Source: Kondoa subrosea
Taxonomy: Eukaryota
Direction: 5' to 3'
NCBI GenBank assembly: GCA_039545335.1
Contig: BCIN01000001.1
Span: 2,043,129-2,107,128 of the forward strand
DNA: 64,000 nt
Shown here: positions 27,362-40,000 of the stretch, one piece after another
Position numbering within the stretch: position 1 is the first letter of the stretch
How the letters are laid out: the number at the start of each line of letters is the position of its first letter
The notes under the pieces: generated by a model
Told to the model about the DNA's origin: nothing
The model's database searches: none
The model's input: only the letters and a program-made list of their open reading frames with translations
Position numbers and translations under genes: made by a program

Positions 27362-28509
27362 ATGAACAGCGACGAAGAAGAAGGCTTGAATATCTTTACA
27401 GTGAGTCTGATTTCGTCCTTGAGACCAAGACTGAGAGATGTATAAGGAACCAGAAGGCTTCCGGCAGCCAGAGAAACCACTTTTTACAAATCATGTCGAA
27501 CACGAAGGCATCAAGATCCGTTGCGTGTCTGATCATCCTCTTTGGGGTATGCCAGTCTAAAGCGATTCTTTGCCTTACTGAACTAGAGCCAGGTCATTTG
27601 ATATATCCGTCGTCCAAGTGCATGGCCAAATTTCTTGAGGCAAATGTTGAAAGTCTCGTAAGAGGCAAGAATGTATTAGAGCTAGGTGAGAATATGGTTC
27701 TTAATCCAGTCTGATACTCAAAACAGGACTGTAGGCGCCGGGGCTGGTTTGCCAGGATTGGCAGCAAACAGACTCGGAGCGAAGATGGTAGGTTTGTGAT
27801 CTGTTTCTGCTTTCTCTACTTCTCTTATGCCCTCGCAAGTAACAACGGATTATCCTGATGCTCCTCTGATCGATAATCTTCTTCATAACATCACTCTGAA
27901 CGGGATTCCCCGCGATCAGATGACAGCAAAGGTGAATCTTCCGCACATAGGACTATGTTACACCTCTTAAACAGATTTAGGGTTTCACCTGGGGTCATTC
28001 TCTAAGACCTTTGCTCGACTGCCTACCTTCAGGCGAATTCTTCGATCTGCTCCTGCTTTCTGATCTTGTGTAAGTATCCTCTATCAAGGAAGAAATTCCG
28101 CTCACTTCTTGCTTTAGCTTCAATCATAGTCAACACGACCAACTCCTCAAATCCTGCGAAGAAGCTCTCGTTCGCCCCAACTCAGCTGATTCGCCGTCTA
28201 TAAGAACACCATGTGCTTTGTCCTTCTATGCCCATCATCGACCCAAACCAGATTTAATAGCGAAGGATGTTGGATTCATCGAGCGTGCTAGAGAAAGAGG
28301 TTGGCGGTGCGAGGAGGTAGTCACGGATGTGAATGCTGGAGTGAGCTTTCTTGTTCTGTCAGCGCAATGTAGCTCACGTGATTGTGCAGCCTGCCTTTCC
28401 TGAAGATAAAGGAGATGTAAAAGTACGAGGAACGGTACATGGCTGGATCATGTATCCACCTAAGGAAGTTTTCGTCGAGCAAGAAACGGGGAACATTTTC
28501 GAAGGCTGA
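27362..28509 (+). CDS. EFM7: Protein N-terminal/lysine methyltransferase Efm7/Nnt1
   Basis: HPLWGH, VLELGAGAGLPG (SAM motif I), TDYPD, LLSDLVFNHSQH, HHRP. Confidence 0.88.
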
Positions 28510-28581
28510 GATATGTACAAGGTCGTATAATGCAATGCAACATGCCAATGAACAATAATATACACAAACGATTACTTGTTC

Positions 28582-29873
28582 CTATCCTAGCTTCTTGATG
28601 ACCCTCAACGCCTCATTAGCAAGCAACTTGTGCCCTGGTGTGGTTAGATGGAAGCTGTCGAAGAACAAGTAGGTATCCGGTTTGCTGCAGAGAGATCGGG
28701 GTCTGGCTTCATACGCGCTGACCAAACAAGGTGTTTGTATAGCTGTCGCATTGAAGCCATAGTCTTCAGGCCTATCAATAACGTAGTTTACCAATGTACT
28801 GTATGATGATTAATGCGATCCTTGATACGAAGCTAAGCACATACTATGCGTCCAGAAGAGCAAGGTTTGACTCATTATGAGTTGAAACATATGAGCGTAA
28901 TTCATAGCCCAAAGCAGCAGAATAGGCGGCAGCTTCGCTTATATTCTGAGCTGGCACATTTCCTGCTGATAGTGAGTAGTAGGGCGTTCTTGCCAAATCG
29001 TACTCGATAGCCATCACGACATGTTTTGCCTAAATTTGAATCAGCTTTGATGTTGAAGTTGTTCAAACACCTCACTCCAATAAGTGATAGCCTCTCTGCT
29101 TCGCTTGTGATACTTGCTGCGACCGGAACAGCGCTTATCGAAGGGTCGAAGTACTTGTCGTTCAGACCAATCATGCTGATATCGCGTTAGGCAAGCACAA
29201 CAGGTAGGGAAGTCGCGCTTACATAATGGCCAGACTATCTCTGAGATTCTTTTGACCTCCTTGAAGATAGGTATCTATCTGTTCGTTGACTGAAGGAACT
29301 CGAATTGTCCCATTTGCACCGCTGCAAAGGGTCAGAACAAAGGAATGAGTACATAGAGAATTGCAGACATACGTATATCCAGCTACTAATGAGCTATTCG
29401 CCGTAGCGCTTCCATACGCAAAGTCGTTGAGGTCGACGCCGAGCTGCTGGGCGACCATTTCTATCCATCTGGAATTTTTGATCAGTATGGGCTGGAGTCG
29501 AAGCACATAAGTCCTTACACTGGACCGCTGTGATGAGATTCTCGTCAGCTTGTTTTCCTTTACAGCGAGAATTCCGTACTTGCTAAAGCGGCCCTTCATA
29601 TAATTCATGAGTTCTGCCTCCGCATATGGGAAGTGACCAATCTTACTTTGTAATAAGCTGGATCTGCAGGCCACTAGAGGAAGGAAGATAGTCAGATATG
29701 TTGAAGAGAGCCAGGTCATAGCGTACAGAGCCATTAGTCAGCTTGTACACATTGCCATTATCTGAAATGCTGTCGCCGAACAGAACAATTGAAGAGAAAG
29801 AACTGCTGTCGAACACAGGAGCTGTGGAAGCTAGTACCAGAAGGCTGGAGAAAACCAATAGCGCCATCCACAT
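28582..29873 (-). CDS. Secreted GDSL/SGNH esterase (CE16-like)
   Basis: Signal peptide, FGDSISDNGN, GRFS, DFAYGSAT, IGLND, catalytic FFDSFHLT. Confidence 0.9.
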
Positions 29874-30055
29874 GATGGTCAGGGCAATACCAGTATTTTG
29901 GAAGTAATGGAAGGTTGCTCCTGCTCAAGCACCTCAAAACCATTTACCTCGTCTATACTACTGCCGCACCGAGATCTGTCTGTCTGTATGCTGGCGTCTA
30001 GGGAAGCAAGGATCCATTGTCCCTTCAACCTGTCTTAGCAAAAGACCTTTTATTC

Positions 30056-31634
30056 ATGCAATCTAATCTTCCAGAAGAGCTGCTACGAGCGCATTTTTCG
30101 CGAGGCTTCGAGTGGCAATCTGTTGCTCTACAACAGAGCAGATTGTTGGGATTATGATCTGGCTATAAGGTCTTTGTACAGGCTAGGCTTATGTAATCGT
30201 AAGGTTTCTCAGCTTCTGAGTCCTGCTGAAGCTGAATTTTCCTTCAGACATGTTTCGTACGTCACGCATAGTCCGACAATCGGATCGTACTAACGATGAA
30301 ACAAGATCGTATCGCAAATCCTCTTCTCTACGAGCGGATTGTCCTCGGGAGGAACTGGGACACATCTCTGCTCGACAGCCTCGCAAATAACTCGCTGAAT
30401 AGCTATGTCAAGCATGCCGATTGGTTTCTCTCCACCAACATCTCAGGTTCTTGCGATACTTTTGAAGGGGCAGATACCTTAGAAGATATGCAAATGCAGG
30501 CATTGGCTAGAGTCAGGGCAGAATTATCGCAGGAGCTGAATATCTTAAACCTACTGCCCAACGTAACTTCGCTGTGGATCACCTTGCACTATCAAGACCG
30601 GCAAGAAATCATGGTTGATGAGGAATTCATCGCAACGTATTTTGGAGCCTACTTTGTACCAATTGCGCGATTTGCCATTCTCAAGTACATTACAAGAGTG
30701 AAAGTTAGCAATGCCTAAAATGGAAGCAAGCGATGCCTGGGGACAAGGAGATACTCTTGTCGCTTGGGCTTCGGAGCTACCTGAGCTTCTCAGTCTCCAC
30801 ATCAACAAGATATTTCTCTATTCTCCTTCCACAAGTGAACAAGGCTTTCACTCGACCGATCTGAAATTGATGTGCCAAGAAGATCATTTGGCGGCCTCTC
30901 ACCTTTCATACGATGTTAGTGATTTATTGCCTATGCAGGCTCGCATCGTCTTGAATGAGTTGGACCACGTGATGGCAAGAGCAAAAGATGTCCGCAGCCT
31001 AGAGTTGACTTGGATGTGGGGAGAAGACAGAGTGGATCCTGATTTACTTGGCTTGGCTTCTTTCGCGTTCCCTCGAACTTTGCGATCTCTTACGCTTGAC
31101 AAGGTCGATTTGGATTTCAAGCACCTGAACTTTTTCTCGATTCTCTTTGCAAACATTTCATTTTGCAACAACCTCAAATTAGGGCTAGACGGAAACCATA
31201 TCTTAAACATTGAGCCAATACTCGAAGCTATTCTTGAAGCTTTACGAACCCCGTCGCCATTCAGTCTGCAGCTGAAGAAGTTCACTTTGCGGTTTCACAA
31301 GCCCTTCCGCCTAGCATATAAGCCTTTCAATCCACGTTGGCTCCTTCCTTTAGTTTCTGGTACTCTTTTACCTGCTATGCAAACTTTTCATTTCAGTCTG
31401 CCTGTCAAGACAGAGTCTGGAAGCCACGGATCAGATGTAATCAGCATGGATCAGCTCGTGCGGAGGACGGTCAACGATTGGAGTGAACTTTGGCAAGCCG
31501 GTGAACGATCAATTGACATTGAAGGCAATCTTCGAGCAGTGGAGAGATACATGGAAATCTTCAGGCTACAGTTCTGGACCGATAAGAAAAGACACATACA
31601 ATGGAAGAGACTAAAACCGGTCTACGATTTTTAG
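30056..31634 (+). CDS. F-box-like lineage-specific protein (frame junction near 30700 uncertain)
   Basis: NLPEELLRRIF N-terminus, IANPLLYERI, LxxL repeats; two ORFs (30296-30718, 30711-31634) need an intron or frameshift to join. Confidence 0.55.
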
Positions 31635-31930
31635 AATGCGTACGAGATGACTTATTATGGCAAACAGAGAAGATTGACTAGGCGCTAGTCTTGAATTTGA
31701 ACAATACACCCGATGCGATCTTCAAATCATACATGCCTTGTTGGGCTGCTTTCTTCGGCGATGTTTCGCATTGCGCGCACAAGACCAGATGGTCGAAAGA
31801 AGTCATATGATGGCCTTTGATTTATCAAATGATGAATTGAGCTCTGCTACTTCTTTGATTATCCGATGTCTTATTGTTGTGCATATCCCAAACTCTCTTG
31901 TCTTTTCCGCCTCTTGAAGTCCTGCTCCAA

Positions 31931-33423
31931 TCAAGCACAGACCTGAGCGACATTTTTGTATGACAGACCAAGAGTAGTATAACGCAAAACATTCATTCCT
32001 TGGATCGGGCTGCAGATGGCTGACTTCTTGTATTCGAAATCGGTTATCTTTGTACGAAATCAGCACTCCTCTCGCAATTAATTGAGATTGAATTACGGGT
32101 TTCTTGGCATCGATGAAGGGTTTGTAGACAGCGCTGCAGAAAGACAGATCAGCGCCGACGGAAGGTAGATGGAACAGGGAAACTTACCACTCGTTGTATT
32201 CCTGGCACTGTTCACCGCGTATGCATCACTATTTGCATACCAATGGGACAAGTGCCTTGAGACTCACCTGTTCGACGATGCTAAAATCGAAAGCCGCAAC
32301 AATTTCCTTCTTGTGCTTATCGACCATAGCACCTGCGTTCTTGAGTCCGATAGCCAAGCCGTTGTCGTGAGCTGTCTTGGACATGAACTTGAGATAGTTG
32401 AGCTCTGCGAGTCGCGAAAGCGAAAGCGAGTGAGTAAGGGATCCGTTAGATCATAGGAGCTTACCATCAGTCTCAGTTGTAGACCATGGGACATCGCTGA
32501 CCTGTAGACATGTGATCAAATCTTCCGAGAGTAATAGCGATCAACCTACATAGCTGTCCACATTGTCTGGGTCAACAGCATCGCACCCCATATCCTGAAC
32601 CCGGGTCAGTCTTTACGGATCATCGCAAAAAGCTTGAATACGTACAGCAGCCTTCTCGATTCGTCCTTTGGTCACCTTCTGGACGTTGTCGATGCAAGAG
32701 GCATCAAGATTCAACCACCATTCAGTCCATCCATCCACTTTTACATGATTAGCTCAATCACAGACACAAACAAGCGAACGCGTCTTACTCTTACAAGATG
32801 ATCCTTTGTTGCAGTAACACTTTGGATCGAAGTCTTTGCCATCGGGTCGGTTGTTCTCATAGGATCCAGCTGTTTCGTAAGAGTCAGAGTATGATGAGTT
32901 GGGCAGCGCAGCATAGTTCACCTGAGAAGTAGCAAACGACCTTCTTGCCTTCTTTGTGGTAACGAGCAATGTTAGCTTCACTTGTATCAAACAAGTCGAC
33001 GCTATGTTAAGGTCTGAGGAATGATCTATTCCAGATAGGGACAACTCACATGTAGATGTTTTGAGTCAGAGCGACTCCGCTGCTAGACTTTGGGTTAGTC
33101 GGGATGTTGGAATCATCGCTACTGGTTTGATCAGCCCCAATGCCGAGAAGTGGTGAACACGACTCGCATGGCATAGAGGAATTTGTCATCCAAGGTAGGC
33201 ACCCAGTAGTTTGAAGTTGCTGTAGCCTGAGCAGACGTTTGAGTAGATGATGCCTGCGAAGCATACAACGATCAAACATGTGGGAAGCAGTTGCAAACTA
33301 AGTGTCTCTAACCTTCTTCGTAGTAGATCTAGCTCGGGGTGCTTTGTTAATGTTTGTAGTACGAGCACAAGCAACTGTACTGGCCAGCAGCATAGAAGCG
33401 AGAAGCAGAGGCTTGTATATCAT
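31931..33423 (-). CDS. Secreted glycoside hydrolase family 114 (endo-alpha-1,4-galactosaminidase, Ega3-like)
   Basis: Signal peptide; AGSYENNRPD, EWWLNL, GCDAVDPDNVDSY, AHDNGLAIGLKN, FDFSIVEQCQEYNEC, PFIDAKKP. Confidence 0.85.
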
Positions 33424-33492
33424 GATGGTGTGGAAGATGGCAGGTAATTGAGAGAGAAAGAAGAAAAGGCAGCACACGATGGCTTCACTTAG

Positions 33493-33529
33493 TAACACCG
33501 AATGGCACTGACTAACACCGAATGGCACT
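33493..33529. repeat. Direct repeat 2 x TAACACCGAATGGCACT (20-nt period)
   Basis: Exact 17-nt duplication at 33493 and 33513, ~70 nt upstream of the GH114 ATG. Confidence 0.9.
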
Positions 33530-33852
33530 TCTGTGTCGCGAAAGCGCAGGTCATTCCATAGATTCTCAGAAGAAGCGCAACAAGCGAAAAACAGCCGGTT
33601 TCAGAGGGTCAGGCAGGAGGAGGCAGGATCTTGTGACGTAGATGTTTATCAGTTGCAACGACTAGAGTTTGTAGTACTGCTACCGCTCGTGTCCGCGCGT
33701 CGTCATATCATGAAAATCTTGATGGCAAGTTGTCCCTGCACCAAGCGCACCTGCATTGCTGCTCAGCGATCGGAGCAAATTGGCAGCCATGTCCTACTTC
33801 CAGCCCCATCTTAACAAGGGCCTGCGTGAAGCAGTGCAAGTGGTTAAGAAAG

Positions 33853-35069
33853 ATGGAAAAGCAAATCGCGTAAATGTGCTCGTTGGCGCGTGAGTCCAAG
33901 CTAGATGGCACTGCAGAACATATCTGATCACATTCAACAGTGGAGAGACCACTGAAACACTCACTTATCTGGTGTTGCATGCATCGACATCGTCAATCCC
34001 AGTCTACACCGCTCATCTACTTTCGCCTCGCACTTTGCCGAGTTTCGTAGCTGCTTCTGCTCTTTATCGAATGCTCGCAGGCATCTTTCTCGATTCAGAA
34101 ACAAGGCCCGAAGCTGTAATTTTGCGAACACCCAACGGAGAACTCGAAGATGATTTGCATGCCGTGACAGCATGGCTGCGTCTCACTCCTAATGATCAAG
34201 ATCCTCTTTTATCTTCCCCAATAACTTATAAGCATTTCATGCAACTTTGGTATCCTTACGCAAATGAAGTAATCGCTACAGCACAGTCGCCTTTCGTTCC
34301 AGCAGAAACAGAAGTAAATGGTATGACTATCTCACATCCACAACGACCAGTCAAAGCTCTGTCAGCTCGATCTAAAGTCTTCTACTCTCGCTTTCTACCT
34401 TCGCTTCGTAAACATTTGCAAATACAGTATCTTTCGCCAGATCTGATAGAAGAACTCAATTATCCTACTCTTCTATCAGCATCTTCTTCTCAGAGAGGTT
34501 TGTCAAGAAGCGAAATCAAGCGAAGGGAACCAAGATTGAAGGAATTGCATGGAAAAAGGCATGCGAGTCCGATAGCTGTGCAATTGGTTGATGAGAACAC
34601 AATTACGGTTGCTTTGGGCGAATTGAGGTGGGCTAAAGAGGATGAATTGTTCCAAGGAAACGGCGTAGGCAATTATGACATGAGTAAGTTCTTGCTCGTA
34701 GAAGAACCCACGAGCTGATGGTCAATCGTATAGTTGTCGATTTACTGGAGGTTGAAGATGATGGAGAAGCTATCAGATTGTAAGCAGACCGGGAACCATA
34801 TGTTTATCAACTCAACTGAATGCTGTTACACAGATCGCTTGGAGCGCTATGTCATCATGTCTTCGTCACCGAAACTAGAACAGATCGACTTGTCTTGGTC
34901 AATCAGTCTGAAAGCGCTTTGGTAGCATCGACAGCAAAGAGTCTTGGTCTGATGTGAGCTCACATTGAACACATTTGACACATGACTTACTCAAGCGGTT
35001 TGCAGAGAGGATATTGGCACTGGCTATACCATTCAACGTGAAGACTTCTGGATGGCATGTCCCATATAG
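33853..35069 (+). CDS. Divergent SidL/SidF/AlcB-like (siderophore N-acyltransferase) homologue
   Basis: HPQRP...YSRFLPSL, ELRWAKED...NYD, LCHHVFVTETRTDR, QREDFWMACP resemble the fungal SidL/SidF GNAT domain; start by inferred intron 33870-33916. Confidence 0.65.
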
Positions 35070-35128
35070 AATTACAACCCTCAACAGCTGCCTTTTTAAC
35101 TAATGTCTTACACAATTACAAATAGTAT

Positions 35129-36934
35129 TTAAAGTGTCCGTGTTAGTATTGCTTTTACTAGCACAGCAATGCTGAAGGGCCTGTGCGAAACAATCAGAAT
35201 TTACATACGAGGGCAAGAGGTGTCTCGAGACTGACAAAAGCCCTCCAAACACTACTAGATCCTGACTTATTCTTCTTCCGCTCAATCGTCTTTGAAGTTG
35301 TTGTTCTTTTCTCAGCAGAAGCTCGTCATTTCGAACTGAGAGTGATGATGGATTGGTGACAAAGATAGCTCGTGCTTTCCTTATATGAAAGAGAACAATA
35401 AAGAAGATTGCTATTATGATCTGTCATCAGCTTTGTTTTTTGGAGTAATTGGAAAAACTTACCTGGAACCAAGAGTCCTAATATGGTAGCAAAGATCGCT
35501 CCAACCTGAACCAGATCCTCCATTTTTGTTCTTCCCCAAATCCCAGAGCTCGCACCGCATACCATCACAGTAATCGCCATCGAGACTTTATCAAGGATCA
35601 CCCAATTCGAAACTCCTTGATTTCCACTATCTTCTTCAGGTTCTTCAATTCCAAATAGCCCAAGTACTAGCAACACCAATCTTCTCAAAGCAGAAGAAGT
35701 CGGTTTAATCGTACAAGGTAAACTTGATAACATGGCAACGAGAAGCAACAACCTTGCTATAGTTAACCATGCATCTCTTGTAGGTAAATCATTCATCGCG
35801 TTGATGCTATTTGAAGGAAACAGGTGGTGGAAAGTCAATCCCCATGCCAATAGGATTAGAGCTGAAATGAGTGAACCGGAAAAAGAAGCAGTTTCCCAGC
35901 CAAATCTCTTGAGGGTCTTAGGTTTGATAGAAATCGTCAAAGTGTTTTTTATGCTTCGGGATGTTTGTCGGAGTTGAGATAACAGTCGGAAAGTTGATTG
36001 TTGTGTACATAAGCACAGGATGAGGAGATTGATGCCTGACCAAAGAGAAGTTTCGGTCGGTATGGATGGAGTTGTCGGAGGTTCTAGATAGCGACTTCGA
36101 ACAGAGAGAATCAAAAGGGAAAGAAGATATAGGGGCCAACTGTAGGAACGCAACAGTGACCAGAAAGGACTTGCCAGAAATGCAAGAGGCGGTGGAAGAG
36201 TGAAAGCGAGAATCTATATCGTCACTCAGCAATGAGATAATAGTGGAAGAATTGTGCGTACATAAATGAGGGTGAGCAGTAGGCCAACCCATTGATAGGA
36301 ATACAGATAAGGCTTCGTTGGAAACATTGCTTCCAGGCATTGCGAAAGCTATATTCACATCAGCATAATCACAAATCATACGATGGACACTCACAAGCTG
36401 TGTACTCAGGCTGAGTAGCAATATACTGCGTATACTTGACGCGCCCAAGATCAACAAATCGATAGTGATCTGACCAATGTATCTTCCTCCATAACCTGAA
36501 GGAAACACCGCCTTTGCAATGTTGAATCCTCCAACATAACGACGTTCCACGTTGAGTATAACGTGCGCGACCCAAGATAGGAAAGCGACCAGAAACAAAA
36601 CAGGTAAACCAATTGCCAACCCAGTTGCTTGCAGAGCGAATGGCACCAGTAGCGGCGTCCCACTCATACACGTCAAAGCCACATCTTGCGAGACTTGAAA
36701 GACTGAACGATCATGTAAACCTGATTGACTACCATTTCTAGCTCCTTGTTTTCCGCCGTAGATTCTTCGGTCCGCTCGCAGCAGCTCATCATCGCCCTCC
36801 TCTTCTATATCCAACTCGGGCTCTTCATCCCAATCCGCAGGCTCGTCTGCATCTCCCCAAGCAACGCGAGATTCATTGTCTTTGATCATGGGCGAGCGCT
36901 CTGTTGTGTTCTCCTCGTCACTATCAGAGTGCAT
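35129..36934 (-). CDS. Amino acid transporter (Aa_trans/AVT-like), divergent
   Basis: Acidic N-terminus, PFALQATGLAIG, many TM segments, NDLPTRDAWLTIARLL, basic C-terminal LQRRLSGRR. Confidence 0.7.
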
Positions 36935-37059
36935 CTGCACTGGCTCTCTGCCTGTTTGGGTATATCAACTGCTCGAGAAAAAGAGCAGGCAATGGTTTCA
37001 AGACAACAATAACGTTTCAACAGCAAACAGCGAACCGCCGGAGTAGTCGTCCTGGTTTT

Positions 37060-40000
37060 ATGCTCTTGCGCCCTTTACATCGCCTTCAGACTATACTTCC
37101 TATCAAATCACAGCCTTTCATTTCTATTTCTCGCAATCTTGGAAAAATGTCAAGTGACTCGAAAGCACCCAATGGAGAGCAGCCAACTGTAGCTGTTGAT
37201 GGTCAGGAATCTCAGGGTACAACGAAATCAGCAGGTCAGCTTATTCGCAAGTCCCATGCATGATTAGTTGTGTAATGCTTTGAAATGATGCCCAGCCAAA
37301 AAAGCAGCGAAACAAGCAGCTTTGGCAGCAACGAAAGCAGCAAAGACTTCTGGAGCTAAACCTGTCCGTTTGGAAGCGATTTGTTGCAATGTGCTTTGCT
37401 AAATCCTCGAAATCGGACAGAAAGATGCATCAGAAGCTAAAGCAAAGCCGAAGAAAGAAAAGGCAGCTGTAGCTCCTCAAGAAGCCTATGTCAATACTAC
37501 ACCTCCAGGTCAAAAGAAAGGTTCGTTTGTTGTCGGACCTTTGGTTTGACAACTTCAGAACTTAGCAATGCATGCGGACAGATCTTTCTGGCGAAATGGC
37601 AGCGGCCTATGATCCAGTGGCAGTAGAATCAGCTTGGTACTCGTGGTGGGAACAGTCTGGGTTCTTCAAGCCTCAATATGCGGAAGACGGTGTATCACCT
37701 CGACCTGAAGGTACTTTTGTAATCCCTCAACCCCCGCCAAATGTTACTGGTGCGTTGCATATCGGTCACGGTATGACTATTGCTCTAGAAGATACAATGG
37801 TACGGTGGTACGTCTTTTCAAGTTTTGCCAGCTTTTATTGGTCAAACTAAAGAGGTGAATCACAGGAATCGGATGTTGGGCAAGACTGTACTTTACTGTC
37901 CCGGTTACGATCATGCTGGTATTGCTACCCAAGCTGTCGTGGAAAAGCGACTCTATAAAGCGACCGGTCAAACGAGACATGATATAGGAAGAGAAGGTTT
38001 ACTTTCGAAAATCATGGACTGGAAAGACGAGTGCGTGATAGCTAGTTGGATGTGATCTCGATCTGATTCCAGTGTATTTTTTCTATCGCATAGATATCAA
38101 CAGCGTATCACTGCTCAAACACAACGTCTCGGTACTTCTTGCGACTGGTCTCGCGTAGCTTTCACGATGTCACCTGTACGCCTCTCTGCCGTCATGATGA
38201 TTCCATCTAGACGTGTTGCACGGAATACAGGAACTGTCAAAAGCTGTCAACACCGCTTTCGTCCAACTGCATGAAGAGGGCATCATCTACCGAGCGAATC
38301 GTCTAGTAAACTTCTGTGTCCAGCTCAACACTACTCTTTCCAATATTGAAGTCGACTCTATGGAACTGACAGGAAGGAAATTGATCAACGTTCCAGGTTA
38401 TGGGAATGAAAGGATAGAATTTGGTGTTTTAACATCTTTCGCTTACCAGATCGAGAACTCTGGTATGCTCAGGCTCAGATGTCGGCGATAGGAGAGCTGA
38501 CATTACCGCTACAGAGGAGAAATTGATTGTGGCTACTACGAGACCTGAAACAATGCTTGGTGATACAGCCATCGCAATTCATCCTGAAGATCCCAGATAC
38601 AAGGTCAGTGAAGGAGTACGCTTTCAGCCTCGAGACTGATAGCAGGGTTTCCATCTTCTGACAGCACCTCCATGGCAAATTTGTTATACATCCTTTCTCG
38701 CAACGTCGCATTCCCATCGTATGCGACGACATCATTGTAGATATGGAATTCGGAACCGGTGCAGTAAAGATTACTCCAGCTCACGATCCAAACGATTACG
38801 AAGTTGCTGTCCGACATAACCTTGAATTCATTAACTTGCTCAATGATGATGGTACGCTCAACGAAAACGCTGGTGCTGAGTTCAAAGGCATGAAACGCTT
38901 CAGTGCGAGAAGAGCTGTTATTGATAAGCTGAAGGAGATGGGTCTCTATGTTGAGTCGAAGGACAATCCGATGAAGGTTCCTATTTGCAGGTGCGTTGAT
39001 CCTCTAGTGATCTATATTCTGATCTGACAACGAGTGAAACAACGCACAGTCGATCGGGAGATATCATCGAGCCTATCATCAAGCCTCAATGGTATGTCAG
39101 TTGTCGTGGATTAGCGGATGAAGTTATCAAGGTATGTCTCGTCGATGTGTCTTGGAGATGGATTCAGCTCGATTATAGCGTACAAAAGCTGGCGAACTCA
39201 TCATCCGACCGCAGCAATGCGAAGATGAGTGGTTCCGCTGGCTTGAGAACATCCAAGATTGGTGCATCAGTCGTCAGCTTTGGTGGGGTCACAGGTGTCC
39301 GATCTACTTTGTGCGGATAAAGGACGCGGACGCAGATAATGTTGGTTCCCTCATGGGGATCCTGTCAAATTTTGACTTACGATCTCGTTGGGTGCAACAG
39401 TCTATGGACACGAATTACTGGATCTCTGGCATGACCGAAGACGAAGTCAGGATTAAAGCAGAAAAGAAGTTCCCTGGCACAGAATTCACCTTGGAGCAAG
39501 ATGAAGATGTGCTTGACACTTGGTTCTCTTCCGGTCTTTGGCCATTCTCAATCATGGGTTGGCCAGATAAGGTATGTGTGGAGATAATGAGCAATTTGAG
39601 ATCGCTTACGATTGTCTGTATATACAGACAGCCGACCTGAAGAACTTCTATCCGTCAGCTGTTCTGGAAACCGGATGGGACATTATTCCTTTCTGGGTTT
39701 CGAAGATGGCCATGCTCGGTATCAAACTTACTGGTCAAATGCCTTTCAAAGAAGTCTTCTGCCATGCAATGGTTCGTGATGCTCATGGTCGAAAGATGTC
39801 CAAATCGCTCGGAAATGTCATTGATCCCGTCAGCGTGGTTGATGGTGTCAGCTTGGACATTCTGGGTCAGCAGCTGGAAGGAGGAAATCTAGATCCAAAA
39901 GAGTTGGCCAAAGCGAAAGATGGGCAGAAGAAAGATTACCCTAAAGGTATTCCTCAATGCGGAGCTGACGCTTTGCGCTTCACTCTTTGTGCCTACACGA

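Noticed and set aside
33493..33529. CRISPR-like array
   Set aside because: Only two units with a 3-nt spacer, in a eukaryotic context
28582..35069. Secondary-metabolite or siderophore cluster (GDSL, GH114, SidL-like)
   Set aside because: No backbone enzyme (NRPS/PKS/NIS) or monooxygenase in the window
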